Positions 1-12,919 are shown, counted from the first letter of the stretch. The stretch: DNA of 64,000 nt from Bacilli bacterium (GCA_024408095.1 JAKSVI010000004.1:1546-65545), one strand, 5' to 3'. Notes: generated from the sequence alone by a model not told the origin. Program-made: numbers and translations.

Positions 1-166
1 CAAATTTTTCATTTTGATAAAATATTTCGTTATCTATTTTTCTTTTAACGTTGATTGTCGGAACAGAATCATAATTAAATTTTACAAATGATAAAGGAGA
101 TAAGGTTCCACAACTTGTTAAACCAACTAAAAAGATAAATGGAATATATTTCGCTAGTTTTCGCAT
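1..166 (-). CDS. putative lipoprotein, N-terminal fragment (gene runs off the left edge)
   Basis: Manual minus-strand translation from ATG at 166-164 gives MRKLAKYIPFIFLVGLTSCGTLSPLSFVKF..., a signal peptide with an L-T-S-C lipobox, open to base 2. No clear Shine-Dalgarno. Below the ORF-track length cutoff. Confidence 0.4.
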   Translation of the reverse strand, partial: MRKLAKYIPFIFLVGLTSCGTLSPLSFVKFNYDSVPTINVKRKIDNEIFYQNEKF

Positions 167-196
167 ACATATATAATACCCACTTACGCATCAAAA

Positions 197-228
197 TGAA
201 AGAAAAGACCCATCAAATGACGGGTCTT
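197..228 (-). terminator. rho-independent terminator after rpoC
   Basis: Minus strand reads AAGACCC-GTCATTTGAT-GGGTCTT (7-bp stem) followed by TTCTTTCATTTT, starting 15 nt after the rpoC stop. Confidence 0.55.
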
Positions 229-242
229 GAGACAAAATTTAA

Positions 243-3200
243 TTAGTTATTTTTATCTTCTTCGGCTTTTAAGTCGATTTTTTCATGAATGCTATTGATG
301 ACACGTTCGTGATCTTCAACATATCGATCTTTCACAGTGTGCATTGTATTTTCAACTGTGAAGTTCTCAACGATTTCAGCTTCAGCTTCTTCATTTAATA
401 ATCCACGGCCTGCTGGAATTAAGTGTCCAGTAATAACATTTTCTTTTAAGCCATGTAATGAATCGCGTTTGCCTTTAATAGCAGCATCAGTGAGCACTCT
501 AGTTGTTTCTTGGAAGGAAGCAGCCGATAAGAAGCTTTCAGTTTCAAGAGCAGCTTTGGTAATTCCAAGAATAATTGGTGAGAAGACTGCTGGGCGTTTA
601 CCTTCTTCAAGAGCTTTTTGGTTCTTTTCAGTGAAGGTTGTAAGTCCTTGTCTAGTGCCTGAGAGCATTCCAGTATCTCCGCCATCGATAACAAATACTT
701 TTCTAAGCATTTGTCTAACGATAACTTCAATATGTTTATCAGAAATGCCGATTGATTGAGCACTATAAACTTTCTGAACTTCTTTAATAATGTATCTTTC
801 AACAGCTGTAACATCAGAAACTTCAAGTAATTTCTTAGGAGCAATTGCACCTTCAGTAATCTTACCACCATTTCTAACTTCGTCACCTTTCTTGACACGA
901 AGTTTGGCACCAAATGCAGTAGTAAATGTCTTTTCTTCAAGATCATTTCTCACGGTAACATCATAGCAACCATGATTTTCTTCAATCTTAACGACTTTAC
1001 CAGCAATTTCAGAAATTAAAGCTTCGCCTTTAGGATTACGTGCTTCAAACAATTCTTGAACACGAGGCAAACCTTGAGTAATATCGCTTCCAGCAACACC
1101 ACCAGTATGGAATGTTCTCATTGTTAACTGAGTACCTGGTTCGCCAATTGATTGAGCAGCCATAATGCCAACAGCTTCGCCGACTTCAACTTCTCGACCA
1201 GTAGCAAGGTTACGTCCATAACAGTGGACACAAACGCCATCTTTGGTTTCACAGCCGAAGAGTGATCTAATTTCGACTTTCTTAATACCAGCATCAACAA
1301 TGGCTTGAGCATGTTCTTCGTCAATCATTGTGTTGCCTTTAACAATAACTTCACCAGTATTTGGATCAACGATGTCATTTAAGGCATATCTGCCAACTAA
1401 ACGGTCATATAATTTGACAATAACAGCGTTTCTAGCAGTATCAACAATTTCTTCAACTACAAAGCCATGATCGGTATGACAATCTTCTTCTCTAACGATA
1501 ACGTCTTGAGAAACATCGACTAAACGTCTTGTTAAATAACCTGAGTCAGCTGTTTTTAAAGCTGTATCAGCACCACCTTTACGAGCTCCGTGAGTGGCAA
1601 TAAAGAATTCAGAAACGGTCATACCTTCACGGAAACAACGTTTAACTGGGAGCTCAATAGTACCACCAGAGGTGTTACCCATAAGTCCTCTCATACCAGC
1701 AAGTTGTGTAATATTTGAAATATTACCACGAGCTCCGGAATCGGACATCATGAAGATTGGGTTCCTTGTATCTTTATTAACTTGATCGGTTAATCTTGCA
1801 CGAACATCTGCTAAAACATGGTTCCAAACATCAACGACTTGTCTATGTCTTTCTTCCTCGGTTAACATACCGAGGGCGTACATTTCTTCGATTTCAACAA
1901 CTTTATTATCGCCTTCGTTAAGAATTCCTTGTTTACCTTCAACAATATGAATATCGTTAATGGAAATTGTAAATCCTGCAACTGTCGCGTATGTAAATCC
2001 TTGATCTTTTAATTTATCAAGAACAGCACTTGTTTTTGGTTGTCCTTTACGATCATAACGTTGGAAAATCTCATTAATAATACTTCCTAAGTCTTTCTTC
2101 TTAAATGGGCTTCTTAATGGGAGTTTGCTGACGTATTCCTTAACATTTGTGCCGCGTGGAACAAAATATTCTGGAATATCGTTAGCTAAATTAGCACTAT
2201 TAACGACATTTAAGTATGGGAAATCACTTGGGAAAATTTGGTTAAATATAATTTTACCGACAGAAGTTACTAAATAACTCTTATTCATTTCTTCGGTAAA
2301 TCCTTTCTTCATAAGTGCACTACCTAAGATAGCAACACGGTTATGGAGAGAGATTTGTTTGGTTTGATAAGCAAGTAAAACATCATCAACGCTTCTGAAT
2401 AATTTTCCTTCACTTTCAGCGTATAATTCATATCTTTCTGCTTCTTCTAAATCATTTCTTGCTTTGCATTCTTCGGCTTTCTTTAAGAAATCTTGTTTTG
2501 TAGATTCTAAAGTAAGGTAATAGTTACCTAAAACCATGTCTTGAGATGGGGTAACGATTGGTTTTCCATCTTTTGGACCTAAAATGTTATTTGAAGCAAG
2601 CATTAAGTGTAAAGCTTCTTCTTGAGCAGCTTTGCTTAATGGCACGTGAACAGCCATCTGGTCACCATCAAAGTCAGCGTTAAATCCGGTACAGACAAGT
2701 GGGTGTAAACGGATTGCTCTTCCATCAACTAAAATTGGTTGGAAAGCTTGAATTCCTAAACGGTGAAGAGTAGGAGCACGGTTTAATAATACTGGGTGTT
2801 TGCCAATAATTTCTTCAACAATATCAAAGACAACATCATCATAACGATCGATGATTTTGTCTGCTTGTTTGTGTGCATTGGCGACACCTCTTTTTAATAA
2901 TTCGCAAGCGATGAATGGTCTTAATAACTGAATGGCCATTTCACGTGGTAAACCACATTGATACATCTTTAAGAATGGACCAACCGCGATAACGCTACGA
3001 CCTGAATAGTCGACACGTTTACCAAGCAAGTTTTGTCTGAAACGTCCTTGTTTTCCTTTTAAAGCGCTACTTAATGATTTTAAGGCTCTTCCGCCAGGAC
3101 CTGTAACAGGTTTATTTCTTCTACCATTATCAATCAAAGCGTCAACGGCTTCTTGAAGCATACGTTTTTCGTTCATCAAGATAACAGCAGGTGAGTTCAT

Positions 3201-4166
3201 ATCGATTAATTTCTTTAAACGGTTATTTCTTGAAATAACACGGCGATATAAATCATTTAAATCACTTGTTGCAAATCTTCCACCATCAAGTTGAAGCATA
3301 GGTCTTAAATCCGGTGGAATGACAGGAATAACATCTAACACCATCCAAGAAGGTTTATTTTTGCTTGTTCTAAAAGCTTCAATAACTTCAAGTCTCTTGG
3401 TGAGTTTTTGACGGTTTCCGATAGAACATTCTTTAATATTTTTGCTTAATTCTTCAGCTTCTTTATCTAAATCCACTTCTTCAAGTAAACGTTTGATGGC
3501 GGAAGCACCTTCAGAGAATTCTGCAGCGGTATATTTTCTAATGAAGCTAGCGATAGTTTGGAAATCGAAAACTTCACCGGTATTTTGCATTCTTTCAATC
3601 AATTCTTGGCTTCTTGAATAGTCATCAGTTCCAGGAATCAATCCCCATTCTTCTCCGTGAGATTGAATTTCTTGAATAACAGGAATGAATCTCTCACGAC
3701 CATTTTTCTCATTGATAAATTCACGATATTTGAGAATTTGGCTACGACCAGGAGATAAAACGATATGAGCCGCATAATAAACGACTTCTTCGAGGTGTTT
3801 TGGAGAAACATCAAGAATTAATCCAATACGGCTTGGAATACCTTTTAAATACCAAATATGGGTACATGGAGAAGCAAGTTCAATGTGGCCCATACGTTCA
3901 CGACGTACTTCTTTTGAAATAACTTCAACACCACATTTTTCACAAACAACACCAGCGTATCTAATTTTCTTATATTTTCCGCAGTGGCATTCATAATCTT
4001 TGCTAGGTCCAAATATTTTTTCGCAGTATAAACCTTCCATTTCAGGTTTTTGGCTACGATAGTTGATGGTTTCAGGTTTTTTAACTTCACCATGAGACCA
4101 GCTACGAATAGTTTCAGGAGAAGCTAAGCCAACTTGAATAGCAGATAATTTTTTTACATCAAACAT
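243..4166 (-). CDS. rpoC: DNA-directed RNA polymerase subunit beta'
   Basis: 1307-aa ORF with the N-terminal zinc-binding [23 protein letters not shown] and the catalytic NADFDGDQM motif. Lies directly downstream of rpoB. Confidence 0.97.
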   Translation of the reverse strand: MFDVKKLSAIQVGLASPETIRSWSHGEVKKPETINYRSQKPEMEGLYCEKIFGPSKDYECHCGKYKKIRYAGVVCEKCGVEVISKEVRRERMGHIELASPCTHIWYLKGIPSRIGLILDVSPKHLEEVVYYAAHIVLSPGRSQILKYREFINEKNGRERFIPVIQEIQSHGEEWGLIPGTDDYSRSQELIERMQNTGEVFDFQTIASFIRKYTAAEFSEGASAIKRLLEEVDLDKEAEELSKNIKECSIGNRQKLTKRLEVIEAFRTSKNKPSWMVLDVIPVIPPDLRPMLQLDGGRFATSDLNDLYRRVISRNNRLKKLIDMNSPAVILMNEKRMLQEAVDALIDNGRRNKPVTGPGGRALKSLSSALKGKQGRFRQNLLGKRVDYSGRSVIAVGPFLKMYQCGLPREMAIQLLRPFIACELLKRGVANAHKQADKIIDRYDDVVFDIVEEIIGKHPVLLNRAPTLHRLGIQAFQPILVDGRAIRLHPLVCTGFNADFDGDQMAVHVPLSKAAQEEALHLMLASNNILGPKDGKPIVTPSQDMVLGNYYLTLESTKQDFLKKAEECKARNDLEEAERYELYAESEGKLFRSVDDVLLAYQTKQISLHNRVAILGSALMKKGFTEEMNKSYLVTSVGKIIFNQIFPSDFPYLNVVNSANLANDIPEYFVPRGTNVKEYVSKLPLRSPFKKKDLGSIINEIFQRYDRKGQPKTSAVLDKLKDQGFTYATVAGFTISINDIHIVEGKQGILNEGDNKVVEIEEMYALGMLTEEERHRQVVDVWNHVLADVRARLTDQVNKDTRNPIFMMSDSGARGNISNITQLAGMRGLMGNTSGGTIELPVKRCFREGMTVSEFFIATHGARKGGADTALKTADSGYLTRRLVDVSQDVIVREEDCHTDHGFVVEEIVDTARNAVIVKLYDRLVGRYALNDIVDPNTGEVIVKGNTMIDEEHAQAIVDAGIKKVEIRSLFGCETKDGVCVHCYGRNLATGREVEVGEAVGIMAAQSIGEPGTQLTMRTFHTGGVAGSDITQGLPRVQELFEARNPKGEALISEIAGKVVKIEENHGCYDVTVRNDLEEKTFTTAFGAKLRVKKGDEVRNGGKITEGAIAPKKLLEVSDVTAVERYIIKEVQKVYSAQSIGISDKHIEVIVRQMLRKVFVIDGGDTGMLSGTRQGLTTFTEKNQKALEEGKRPAVFSPIILGITKAALETESFLSAASFQETTRVLTDAAIKGKRDSLHGLKENVITGHLIPAGRGLLNEEAEAEIVENFTVENTMHTVKDRYVEDHERVINSIHEKIDLKAEEDKNN

Positions 4167-4183
4167 TGTTAATTTCTCCTTTC

Positions 4184-7100
4184 TTATTCTTTATGTTCAG
4201 TATCTAAGATCATTGCTTGATCATCATCGATACCAATTTCGACTGTGGAACTGCCTTCACCGACTAAGTTACGGATTGATGTGTTAATCTTTCTTTCCTC
4301 TTTTTCGGCTTCTTTTGCAAGAGCATCCATATCGAGAACCTCACCATTTGAGTTAATTAATTGAACATCAAGAGCGAGGGATTGCAATTCTTTAACGAGA
4401 ACTTTGAAGGCTTCTGGAATACCTGGTTTTGGTAAGGTTTGGCCTTTAATAATGGCTTCGTATGTCTTTCTACGTCCAACTCTATCATCTGATTTAACAG
4501 TGATAATTTCTTGTAAGACGTGAGCGGCACCATAAGCTTCAAGAGCCCAGACTTCCATTTCACCAAATCTCTGTCCACCATTTTGAGCTTTACCACCCAA
4601 AGGTTGTTGAGTAACAAGTGAATATGGTCCAGTAGCACGAGCGTGTAATTTGTCGTCAACCATGTGGACAAGTTTAATCATATACATGACTCCGACTGTG
4701 ATTCTTTCGTCAAATCTTTCACCAGTACGGCCATCATATAAGATTGTTTTTCCATCTGGATCCATTTGAGCTTTCTTCATTAAATCAAAGATTTCTTCAT
4801 TGGTAATTCCATCAAAAACTGGAGTAGCAATCTTATAACCTAATTTCTTAAGTGCCATACCTAAGTGGACTTCTAAGATCTGACCAATATTCATACGAGA
4901 AGGAACGCCTAATGGGTTTAACATAATGTCAACTGGAGTTCCATCTGGTAAGAATGGCATATCACATTCTGGAAGAATACGGGAAATAACACCTTTATTT
5001 CCGTGACGTCCAGACATCTTATCACCTTCAGAGATTTTTCTCTTTTGGACGATATAGACTGAAATAACTTCATTGACTCCCGGTGGAAGTTCATTATCTC
5101 TACGATTTTCTTCATCTCTTTTTAAGATTTTGACATCAAGAACGATTCCAGCACCACCATGTGGAACACGTAATGAAGCATCTTTTCCTTCATTAGTCTT
5201 TTCACCAAAGATGGCCATTAATAATCTTTCGGCTGGAGTTGGTTCTGTTAAGCCTCTTGGGGTAACTTTACCAACAAGAATATCGCCTTCTTTAACTTCT
5301 GTACCGATAACAACAATTCCTCTTTCATCGAGGTGTGCTTTAGCAGCTTCACCGATGTTAGGAACATCTGGAGTAATGATTTCATCTCCTAATTTTGGAA
5401 TACTACGGCATTCGATATCATATTTTTCAATATGGATTGAGGTATAGACGTCATCTTTAACGAGTCTTTCACTCATAATGACAGCATCTTCGTAGTTATA
5501 ACCATTCCATGTCATGAAGGCAATAGTAACGTTTTGGCCTAAAGCGAGATCGCCATTTTGCATAGCAGGACCATCAGCGATGATTTGTCCTTTAGTTACT
5601 TTGTCTCCAACTTTCACAATACTAACTTGGTTAATACATGTGCCTTGGTTACTTCTTTCAAATTTTTGGAGTGTGTACACACGTGTTTTCTTGCTAGTTT
5701 TTTCTAAAATTTCAATTGTGCGTGAATCAGAATAAGTGACTGTTCCATCATCAACCGCAACAACAGCAAGTCCGCTATCACGAGCAACCTGGAATTCAAG
5801 TCCCGTGCCCACGAGTGGCGCGTGTGGTTTTAATAAAGGTAGGGCCTGACGTTGCATGTTCGAGCCCATAAGAGCACGCATGGTATCATCATTTTCAAGG
5901 AATGGAATGCTACCTGCGGCAATCGAAACAACTTGTTTTGGGCTGACATCGACGAAATCGATATCAGAACTGCGAGCTAAAATGTTTTCGCCTTTATATC
6001 TAGCGACAACTTGCTCGTCTAAGATTTCACCATCTGGTCCTAAATTAATGTTGGCTTCAGCGATGATATAATCCCATTCTTCATCTGCAGATAAGTAAAT
6101 ACTATCTTCAGCTTTAGAAAGGACTTTATGTGCTTTTTTATCAACTTTACGATATGGAGTTTCAATAAATCCATAGTCGTTAACTTTAGCGTAGCTTGCT
6201 AAGTTATTGATAAGTCCAATGTTTTGACCTTCAGGAGTTTCAATAGGACAAATTCTACCATAGTGAGAAACGTGAACGTCACGAACTTCAGTAGAAGCGC
6301 GATCACGAGTTAATCCACCAGGACCTAAAGCAGATAAACGACGTTTGTTTGTTAATTCTGCTAATGGGTTAGTTTGATCCATGAATTGAGAGAGTTGGCT
6401 GCTCGCAAAGAATTCTCTAATCGACGCTGTTAAAGGACGTGGATTAATTAAAGCTTTTGGTTTAATACCTGTTGTGTCACTAATGGACATCTTTTGTTGA
6501 ACAGTTTTAACCATTTTGGCTAAGCCAACACGGAATTGATTTTGAATTAATTCACCAACGCAACGGATACGTCTGTTGCCTAAGTGATCGATATCATCAG
6601 TTCCACCGAATCCATCCATAACATTTAAGAAATAAGAGAATACGGCGATGATATCAGGAATTGTGACATAAGTTGCTCTGTTATTGAGATCTGTTCCAAT
6701 AACGATTGAAACTTTCTCTTTTTTGTCATTGTTATAGACTTTGACAATGTTTACAAAGTTATGATTATCTAATTTGTCATTAACTTTGAGTTTATGTAAA
6801 TGAGCACCTTTTTCGAAAAATTCTTCATTTTTTAATCTTTCGACATCATCAACAGATAATGTGTCACCTTTACGGAAAAGAATTTCTCCATCACTAGAAA
6901 CAAGGTTTTCCGCTAATATACGATTTGGTAAACGGTTGTAAATACCTAATTTTTTGTTAAATTTGTATCTTCCAGCGCGGCCTAAGTCATAACGTTTTTC
7001 ATCAAAGAATTTTTGAAGTAGGAAATTATTTGTTCCTTCACGTGTGACTGGTTCACCTGGTTTCATTTTTCTAAAGATTTCAATAAGAGCATTTTCACAT

Positions 7101-7783
7101 GTCTTTGTGTCATCCTTAGCTAATGTATTTTTTAAAGCATCATTAGAACCAAATAGTTTTACGATATCTTCATCAGATTCAATGCCTAACGCTTTTAAAA
7201 GAGTTGTAGCATGTAATTTTCTTTGACGATCAATACGAACGCTTAAAAATTCTTTGGCATCACATTCAAATTGTAACCAAGTACCTCTACCTGGAATTAA
7301 ATCTGCGCCATAAAGGAATTTTCCAGCTTTCATCTCTTTGGAGAGATATGCTCCTGGAGAACGGACTAATTGGCTTACGATAACTCTTTCTGCACCATTA
7401 ACAACGAATGTTCCACTATCAGTCATAAGTGGGAGTTCTCCCATATAAACCGTAGTTTCAGTCTTTTCACCTGTTTCTTTGTTGCATAATCTAACAGCAA
7501 CATTCATTGGTGCACTATAAGTTAATTCTTTGGCTTTGCAATCTAAGAAGGTATGTTTTGCTTCTCCGATTGATATACCAACAAACTCAATACTTAAAGT
7601 ATCGGTATAATTGTCGATTGGGAAAGCTTCTTTAAAAACTTCCTCAAGCCCTTTTGCTAAAAATTCGGCGTATGACTTTGTTTGAATTTCCACTAAATTT
7701 GGTAAAGGTAATTCACCAGATATTTTGGAATAATCATAACGACCGTTATTTAATTGTTTTAGTTCAGTAATATTTCTGGACAT
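4184..7783 (-). CDS. rpoB: DNA-directed RNA polymerase subunit beta
   Basis: Full-length RpoB-like ORF (e.g. [28 protein letters not shown] motifs). Start trimmed from the track start 7843 to ATG 7783 (MSRNITELK...), which has AAGGAG 8 nt upstream and avoids overlap with the upstream gene. Confidence 0.96.
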   Translation of the reverse strand: MSRNITELKQLNNGRYDYSKISGELPLPNLVEIQTKSYAEFLAKGLEEVFKEAFPIDNYTDTLSIEFVGISIGEAKHTFLDCKAKELTYSAPMNVAVRLCNKETGEKTETTVYMGELPLMTDSGTFVVNGAERVIVSQLVRSPGAYLSKEMKAGKFLYGADLIPGRGTWLQFECDAKEFLSVRIDRQRKLHATTLLKALGIESDEDIVKLFGSNDALKNTLAKDDTKTCENALIEIFRKMKPGEPVTREGTNNFLLQKFFDEKRYDLGRAGRYKFNKKLGIYNRLPNRILAENLVSSDGEILFRKGDTLSVDDVERLKNEEFFEKGAHLHKLKVNDKLDNHNFVNIVKVYNNDKKEKVSIVIGTDLNNRATYVTIPDIIAVFSYFLNVMDGFGGTDDIDHLGNRRIRCVGELIQNQFRVGLAKMVKTVQQKMSISDTTGIKPKALINPRPLTASIREFFASSQLSQFMDQTNPLAELTNKRRLSALGPGGLTRDRASTEVRDVHVSHYGRICPIETPEGQNIGLINNLASYAKVNDYGFIETPYRKVDKKAHKVLSKAEDSIYLSADEEWDYIIAEANINLGPDGEILDEQVVARYKGENILARSSDIDFVDVSPKQVVSIAAGSIPFLENDDTMRALMGSNMQRQALPLLKPHAPLVGTGLEFQVARDSGLAVVAVDDGTVTYSDSRTIEILEKTSKKTRVYTLQKFERSNQGTCINQVSIVKVGDKVTKGQIIADGPAMQNGDLALGQNVTIAFMTWNGYNYEDAVIMSERLVKDDVYTSIHIEKYDIECRSIPKLGDEIITPDVPNIGEAAKAHLDERGIVVIGTEVKEGDILVGKVTPRGLTEPTPAERLLMAIFGEKTNEGKDASLRVPHGGAGIVLDVKILKRDEENRRDNELPPGVNEVISVYIVQKRKISEGDKMSGRHGNKGVISRILPECDMPFLPDGTPVDIMLNPLGVPSRMNIGQILEVHLGMALKKLGYKIATPVFDGITNEEIFDLMKKAQMDPDGKTILYDGRTGERFDERITVGVMYMIKLVHMVDDKLHARATGPYSLVTQQPLGGKAQNGGQRFGEMEVWALEAYGAAHVLQEIITVKSDDRVGRRKTYEAIIKGQTLPKPGIPEAFKVLVKELQSLALDVQLINSNGEVLDMDALAKEAEKEERKINTSIRNLVGEGSSTVEIGIDDDQAMILDTEHKE

Positions 7784-7818
7784 TATAATGGCTCCTTTTC
7801 TATATAAAATTTGTGAGT

Positions 7819-8415
7819 TCACTTTTTTGCTTGAATCACCCAATAGCCTTTTTTCTTTAACAATACGGAAACGTTTCCAAATACTGTTTCGATGTATTTA
7901 GAAGCGCTTTCTGCGCCTTGGGCTTTTCGTAAAACAATGTAAAGAGAACCGCCATCAATTAATAATTTATGAGCCCCCTCATATATTGCGTATGTTACTC
8001 GCTTTCCAGCGCGAACTGGGGGGTTGCATATAATTGAATCAAATTGTCCTTCAATCTTTGAGTAGATGTCACTTTGAAGGCAAGTGACTCGCTTACTTAA
8101 ATTTAAGTTTTGCGCATTGAACGACGCTAATTCGACAGCGCGTTGATTGATATCTGCAAGTGTTAATTCTGCAGTCGGAGAGGTTAAGGCAATGGTTAAT
8201 CCAAGAGGCCCATAACCACATCCTAAATCGAGTATTTTTCCGGTTAAATGGAGGGGGATAATAGCCTGTAAAAAAGCCAAACTCCCCTCATCAACACGGT
8301 TTTTTGAGAATACTCCGTTATCGGTTACTAAAGTAATTTCTTGATCATATATCTGAAACTTGATGGTCCTTCTTTTTGACGCAATTGAATCATCAAAATC
8401 AAAATAATGAGACAT
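7819..8415 (-). CDS. class I SAM-dependent methyltransferase, RsmC/YbxB-like
   Basis: 198 aa with SAM motif [12 protein letters not shown] and substrate motif ICNPPVR. Sits between rplL and rpoB, the position of ybxB in Bacillus subtilis. Confidence 0.8.
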   Translation of the reverse strand: MSHYFDFDDSIASKRRTIKFQIYDQEITLVTDNGVFSKNRVDEGSLAFLQAIIPLHLTGKILDLGCGYGPLGLTIALTSPTAELTLADINQRAVELASFNAQNLNLSKRVTCLQSDIYSKIEGQFDSIICNPPVRAGKRVTYAIYEGAHKLLIDGGSLYIVLRKAQGAESASKYIETVFGNVSVLLKKKGYWVIQAKK

Positions 8416-8439
8416 TAATAACCTCTAGAGAAACTGAGA

Positions 8440-8817
8440 CTATTTAATTTCAGTTTCGGCACCAGCAGCTTCTAAAGCTTTCTTGTGTTCTTCAGCTTCA
8501 ACTGGTGAAATGTGTTCTTTAATTGCAACAGGTGCACCATCAACTAATTTCTTAGCATCCATTAAGCCTAAGCCTGTGATAGCTTGAACAGCTTTGATGA
8601 CTTGGACTTTTTGAGCACCAGCGTTCTTTAAGAATAAACTTACTTCTGTTGGGCCAGCGGCAGCAGCTTCTTCAGCTGGGGCAGCGGCAGCAGCGGCGAC
8701 AGGTGCAGCAGCAGTGACGCCAAATTCTTCTTCGACAGCTTTGACTAATTCATTTAATTCAACGACAGTCATTTCTTTTAAGCTGGCAATAATTTCTTCT
8801 TTTGTTAATTTAGCCAT
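8440..8817 (-). CDS. rplL: 50S ribosomal protein L7/L12
   Basis: 125 aa with an N-terminal dimerisation helix, an Ala/Pro-rich hinge ([21 protein letters not shown]) and a C-terminal domain [27 protein letters not shown]. Confidence 0.96.
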   Translation of the reverse strand: MAKLTKEEIIASLKEMTVVELNELVKAVEEEFGVTAAAPVAAAAAAPAEEAAAAGPTEVSLFLKNAGAQKVQVIKAVQAITGLGLMDAKKLVDGAPVAIKEHISPVEAEEHKKALEAAGAETEIK

Positions 8818-8841
8818 TTTTCTTTTCCTCCTAAATTGGCA

Positions 8842-9330
8842 TTATTTTGCATCCGCAACAGCCTTTACAGTACAGGCAAATTGACGGACAGGTGCTTGTA
8901 AGCACGATAAGAGCATGGAAAGAAGACCGTCTCTTCCAGGAAGTTTTGCAACTTCGTTCATCATATCGGCATCAGCGAATTTTCCTTCAACGACGCCGCC
9001 TTTGATTATAAGAACGTCTCCATATCTTTTCGCATACTTTCTTGTTATTTTTGCTCCAGCGCATACATCTTTAGAAAAGATGATTGCGTTTGGACCAGTT
9101 AGAATTGAATCTAAGCCATCATAGCCTAATTCTTTTGAAGCACGTTCGACTAATGAGTTTTTATAAACGAACATAGTTGCGTCTTCTTTTCTTAAAGCAC
9201 GACGTAATTCTTGAATTTGGCTGACAGTTAAACCACGATATTCTGCAACAACGATGGCTTCACTTTCTTTAGCTTTGGAAACAATTTCTTTGACAAGATT
9301 TTGTTTTGCTTCTAAGACAGTTTTGTTCAT
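8842..9330 (-). CDS. rplJ: 50S ribosomal protein L10
   Basis: 162-aa L10-like ORF immediately upstream of rplL. GGAGG Shine-Dalgarno precedes the ATG. Confidence 0.95.
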   Translation of the reverse strand: MNKTVLEAKQNLVKEIVSKAKESEAIVVAEYRGLTVSQIQELRRALRKEDATMFVYKNSLVERASKELGYDGLDSILTGPNAIIFSKDVCAGAKITRKYAKRYGDVLIIKGGVVEGKFADADMMNEVAKLPGRDGLLSMLLSCLQAPVRQFACTVKAVADAK

Positions 9331-9470
9331 GATCTTGTTTACCTCCTTTTTTCAATTTGTGTTTTGAGGCTCCAATATACTAGGGCTGAAATATCTATTT
9401 CGTCACCTCGGTAACATTATTAAGACTACTTTGTCCGTTACTGTCTTTGGTATATTGAAATCTTTAAATT
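9331..9470 (-). ncRNA. candidate L10 (rplJ) ribosomal-protein leader
   Basis: 140-nt untranslated spacer between rplA and rplJ, where Firmicutes carry the L10 leader. The minus-strand RNA can form GUAAC...GUUAC and further helices (…GACAGUAACGGACAAAGUAGUCUUAAUAAUGUUACCGAGGUGACG…). Called from position and foldability only; no covariance model was run. Confidence 0.4.
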
Positions 9471-10154
9471 TTATCGACCTTCGAATGTAATGTGTATTGC
9501 TGGGCCCATGGTCGTATGGACAACAGCATTCTTCACGTATGTACCTTTTACGGAAGCTGGACGAGCCTTAATAACTGCGTCAACTAAGGCTTGAAGATTT
9601 TCTGCAATCTTCTTGGCATCGAAGCTTACACGAGCGAAAGAAACATGCATATTTGCTTCTTTATCAACGCGGTATTCGACTTTACCGGCTTTAATTTCTT
9701 TGACGGCTTTTGCGATATCCATCGTAACAGTACCTGTTTTTGGGTTAGGCATTAAACCTTTTGGTCCAAGAACACGTCCTAATTTACCGATTTCACCCAT
9801 CATATTTGGGGTGGCAACCATGACATCAAAGTCAAACCAGTTTTCCTTTTGGATTTTTTCGAGAATTTCTTTTCCTCCGGCATAATCCGCACCGGCTTCT
9901 TTAGCGGCATCAACTTTATCAGTGACGGCTAAAACCTTAACGCTTTTACCATTGCCATGTGGAAGAATTAATGTTCCTCTGATAGCTTGGTCTGCTTGTT
10001 TTGGATCAACATTAAGATTGAAGCTTGCATCGACAGTGGCGTCAAATTTAACAGTTGAAGTTTCCTTTACTAATTTACTGGCCTCTTCAATGGTATAGAA
10101 CTTATTAGAATCCACTTTTTCTAAAGCGGCAACATATTTTTTACCCTTTTTCAT
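9471..10154 (-). CDS. rplA: 50S ribosomal protein L1
   Basis: 227-aa L1-like ORF (…[17 protein letters not shown]…[15 protein letters not shown]-type motifs) downstream of rplK. Confidence 0.95.
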   Translation of the reverse strand: MKKGKKYVAALEKVDSNKFYTIEEASKLVKETSTVKFDATVDASFNLNVDPKQADQAIRGTLILPHGNGKSVKVLAVTDKVDAAKEAGADYAGGKEILEKIQKENWFDFDVMVATPNMMGEIGKLGRVLGPKGLMPNPKTGTVTMDIAKAVKEIKAGKVEYRVDKEANMHVSFARVSFDAKKIAENLQALVDAVIKARPASVKGTYVKNAVVHTTMGPAIHITFEGR

Positions 10155-10165
10155 AAGTGTCCTCC

Positions 10166-10576
10166 TTAGTCATCAATGGCAATGCCCATATTACGAGCGG
10201 TGCCTTCGATAACCTTAACAGCTGCTTCAATATCGTTGCAGTTAAGGTCTGGCATTTTATACTCAGCGATTTCTCTGAGTTTTGCCTTGCTTACATGACC
10301 AACAATCTCTTTTGGATTGCTGGAACCTTTTTGGATGCCTGCTGCTTTAAGCAATAATTGGGCAGCTGGTGATGTTTTGACGACAAAATCAAATGATTTG
10401 TCTTCGTATGCTGTGATAAGAACGGGAACTACTTCTCCACGTCTATCAGCGGTCTTAGCATTAAAGTCGGTACAGAACTTTGCCATGTTAACACCGGCAG
10501 ATGCGAGTTTTGGTCCTGGTTTAGCGTCTCCGCCAGGTAACTCCATCTTGAGCACTTTTGCGATTTTTTTACTCAC
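10166..10576 (-). CDS. rplK: 50S ribosomal protein L11
   Basis: 136-aa L11-like ORF (…[29 protein letters not shown]…), first gene of the rplKA pair. Confidence 0.95.
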   Translation of the reverse strand: MSKKIAKVLKMELPGGDAKPGPKLASAGVNMAKFCTDFNAKTADRRGEVVPVLITAYEDKSFDFVVKTSPAAQLLLKAAGIQKGSSNPKEIVGHVSKAKLREIAEYKMPDLNCNDIEAAVKVIEGTARNMGIAIDD

Positions 10577-10837
10577 GTGACTTTCCTCCTATTTATAGAT
10601 TTGTCCGTGTCGTGGTCATATTGAGCGAATCACTCTCTTCCACGATACATACATGTGCGCCATATACGCAAATGTCGACATGCTTGTACATAATATCAAA
10701 TATATACGTACGAACACAAGTAGAAAATTAAGATATTTTCTCGATATGTAATAATAGAAAGTAAATTACTTTCTAAAAAATAATTATTGCCACTTTGAAT
10801 TATAAAAAAGTATATAATACAAGCGGAAAAGAGAAAA

Positions 10838-12238
10838 TTGAATGTTATGAAAAAGAAACATCCACTTACTCCATACCTATTAGTCCTATTTTCGTTCTTG
10901 GTAGTGATTTTGATTGGGTCCTTTTTCATTTCACTTCCGATTGCGCAAACAAGTGGCACATGGGGGAATTATATTGATTCATTTTTTCTGTGCACCTCTG
11001 CTACATGTGTGACTGGACTGTGCACATATGAGTCTGGAATTGGTAATACTTTAACCCTCTTTGGCCAAGTAGTTACTCTAATTATGATTCAAATTGGGGG
11101 ACTCGGTTTCATCACTGTTTTATCATTTTTTATTACCTTGTTTAAAAGTAAAATGCAGTTTAAAAATAGATACTTTTTATCACAGGCTGTTAACTCAATA
11201 AAATTTGCAGATGTTGTGAAATTCGTCCGCAAACTCATGCTAATTTCTTTGATTTGTGAACTGTTAGGTTTCGCATTATTGCTTCCAGTTTTCCTACAAA
11301 ATCCCACAATGGCAACCGGTAAAGCCATATGGAATTCTTTGTTCACTTCTGTATCTAGTTTTAACAATGCAGGTTTTGACCTACTTGGTGCCACATCGTT
11401 TGTTAGAGATCCACTTCTTGCATCGGAAGAATTATTGGCAATTCCAGAACATCTATATACATATATGTGCTGCGTTTGCATGATTCTAATTATTGTGGGC
11501 GGAATTTCCTTTTTGGTTATTATCGATGTATTTTCATTCAAAAGACCAAAACAATGGAATTCATTTACAAAAATTGTTTTATCTGTAACTGCCGTTTTAT
11601 TATTAGCGGGCGTTGGAGTATTTATGCTAAGCGAAGGCATCAAGTCTGACAACAGAATGACTTTCTTAGATGCTGTATTCCAGAGTGTTACATGCCGTAC
11701 AGCAGGATACGCTACTTATTCACAAGCTAACATATCTCCATTCGGACGCGTTTTCTCATGTATCTTGATGTTTATCGGAGGATCTCCATTATCCACTGCT
11801 GGTGGTGTTAAAACTGCGACAATATTCGTTATCTTTCTTGCTATGTGGTGTTACATTAGAGGTTCTAAAGTTACTGCTTTCAAACGTCAATATACAACCA
11901 GCACTATTGTTAAAGCTATGAGTATTGTGTTTATTTCATTAGTGTTAGTTATGATTGGATATGGATTAATCTCATTATTAGAAATGAATGCAGAAAATCA
12001 ATTAGTAATCCAAAATCCTGAATATGTGGCATTTGAAGTATTTAGTGCCTTCGGAACTGTTGGCTTAACTTGTGGGATAACCACAACACTTTCTATTGGA
12101 AGTAAAATAGTATTATGTGTTTTAATGTTCTTAGGACGTCTTGGTCCAATGACCATGCTCCAAGTGTTCCAAAAGAACATGAATATTGAATCTAATGATC
12201 ACTTCAAATACGTTGAAGAAGAGTTTCTAATTGGTTAG
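10838..12238 (+). CDS. ktrB: K+ uptake transporter membrane subunit (TrkH/KtrB family)
   Basis: 466-aa polytopic protein with four pore-loop glycine motifs in order (CVTGLC, NNAGFDL, CRTAGYAT, FGTVGLTCG). The start may instead be the ATG at 10847. Confidence 0.85.
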   Translation: MNVMKKKHPLTPYLLVLFSFLVVILIGSFFISLPIAQTSGTWGNYIDSFFLCTSATCVTGLCTYESGIGNTLTLFGQVVTLIMIQIGGLGFITVLSFFITLFKSKMQFKNRYFLSQAVNSIKFADVVKFVRKLMLISLICELLGFALLLPVFLQNPTMATGKAIWNSLFTSVSSFNNAGFDLLGATSFVRDPLLASEELLAIPEHLYTYMCCVCMILIIVGGISFLVIIDVFSFKRPKQWNSFTKIVLSVTAVLLLAGVGVFMLSEGIKSDNRMTFLDAVFQSVTCRTAGYATYSQANISPFGRVFSCILMFIGGSPLSTAGGVKTATIFVIFLAMWCYIRGSKVTAFKRQYTTSTIVKAMSIVFISLVLVMIGYGLISLLEMNAENQLVIQNPEYVAFEVFSAFGTVGLTCGITTTLSIGSKIVLCVLMFLGRLGPMTMLQVFQKNMNIESNDHFKYVEEEFLIG

Positions 12239-12247
12239 GAGAAATTT

Positions 12248-12919
12248 ATGGTAAAGAAAAGTTTTGCTGTTATTGGATTAGGACAATTTGGTTTGTCTGT
12301 TGTTTCTGAACTTGTTGACAACGGAATGGATGTTATAGCAATTGATAGAATTGAAGAAAGAGTTAAGAAAATTGCAAATATACTTCCGACAGCTTTTATA
12401 GCGGATTCCACAAGTGAAGATGCTTTAAAAGAATTAGGAATCCAAGACGTTGACGCTGCTATTGTTGCATTTGGTGATAATAAAGAAGCTAGTGTTTTAA
12501 CAACTGTTATTCTCAGAGAATTAGGTGTTAAGCAAATTATTGTTCGTGTAGACGATGATGATTATGTCCCTATTGTCAAAAAATTAGGCGCTACTGAAGT
12601 TATTACTCCACAAAAAGCAGCTGGAGCGGCACTTGCAAACAGAATTGGTAATGAAGACTATAGAGACTTCTATAAATTAGATGACAAATACTCAGTTGTT
12701 TCCATTGTTGTTAATCCAAGATTTGTTCCAACAACTGTTAAAGAAATGAACCCAAATAACTTATATGGGGTTAACTTAGTTCTTATCAAAAGAAATAATC
12801 GTTCATTTGTTCCAAGAGGCGAAGATTCCATACTTCCAGATGATTCAGTTTTCGTAGTTGGAACCACAAAAGAAGTTAAAGCTTTTAGAGAAGCAATTAA
12901 CGGAAATCATAGAAAATAA
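12248..12919 (+). CDS. ktrA: K+ uptake regulatory subunit (TrkA/KtrA, RCK domains)
   Basis: 223 aa with Rossmann motif IGLGQFG and TrkA-N plus TrkA-C architecture. AGGAG lies 7 nt upstream, and the gene starts 9 nt after ktrB. Confidence 0.85.
   Translation: MVKKSFAVIGLGQFGLSVVSELVDNGMDVIAIDRIEERVKKIANILPTAFIADSTSEDALKELGIQDVDAAIVAFGDNKEASVLTTVILRELGVKQIIVRVDDDDYVPIVKKLGATEVITPQKAAGAALANRIGNEDYRDFYKLDDKYSVVSIVVNPRFVPTTVKEMNPNNLYGVNLVLIKRNNRSFVPRGEDSILPDDSVFVVGTTKEVKAFREAINGNHRK

Noticed and set aside
337-7226. Numerous 60-170-aa ORFs on the opposite strand or in other frames inside rpoC and rpoB (for example 337-759 +, 446-946 -, 5073-5447 +). Analogous shadow ORFs occur inside most large genes of the window (for example 24909-25433 +, 32350-32718 +, 55081-55419 +).
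   Set aside because: They lie entirely within long, clearly homologous genes. They have low-complexity or hydrophobic translations typical of antisense reading of AT-rich coding DNA, and they lack ribosome-binding sites.
7784-7843. N-terminal extensions given by the ORF track for rpoB, and similarly for folC, the FAD protein and the genes ending at 33956, 41663, 44371, 50597, 54007, 57545 and 63346.
   Set aside because: In each case an internal ATG has a better Shine-Dalgarno and/or starts a proper signal peptide or conserved N-terminus. It also removes an implausible overlap with the upstream gene. The longer forms add junk-like residues.
8640-8720. Sharp local GC-rich patch in an AT-rich genome, which could suggest foreign DNA or a structured RNA.
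   Set aside because: It is the Ala/Pro-rich flexible hinge of ribosomal protein L7/L12 (GCN/CCN codons), a normal feature of rplL.
10577-10837. Possible c-di-AMP (ydaO/kimA-type) riboswitch upstream of ktrB, as in Bacillus, or an L1/L11-binding leader upstream of rplK.
   Set aside because: The ktrB side is only ~140 nt, almost pure A/T, and lacks the conserved G-rich ACGGGG/CCCG-type cores I would expect. On the rplK side only a short CGTGG/CCACG stem is visible. A covariance-model scan is needed before calling either.
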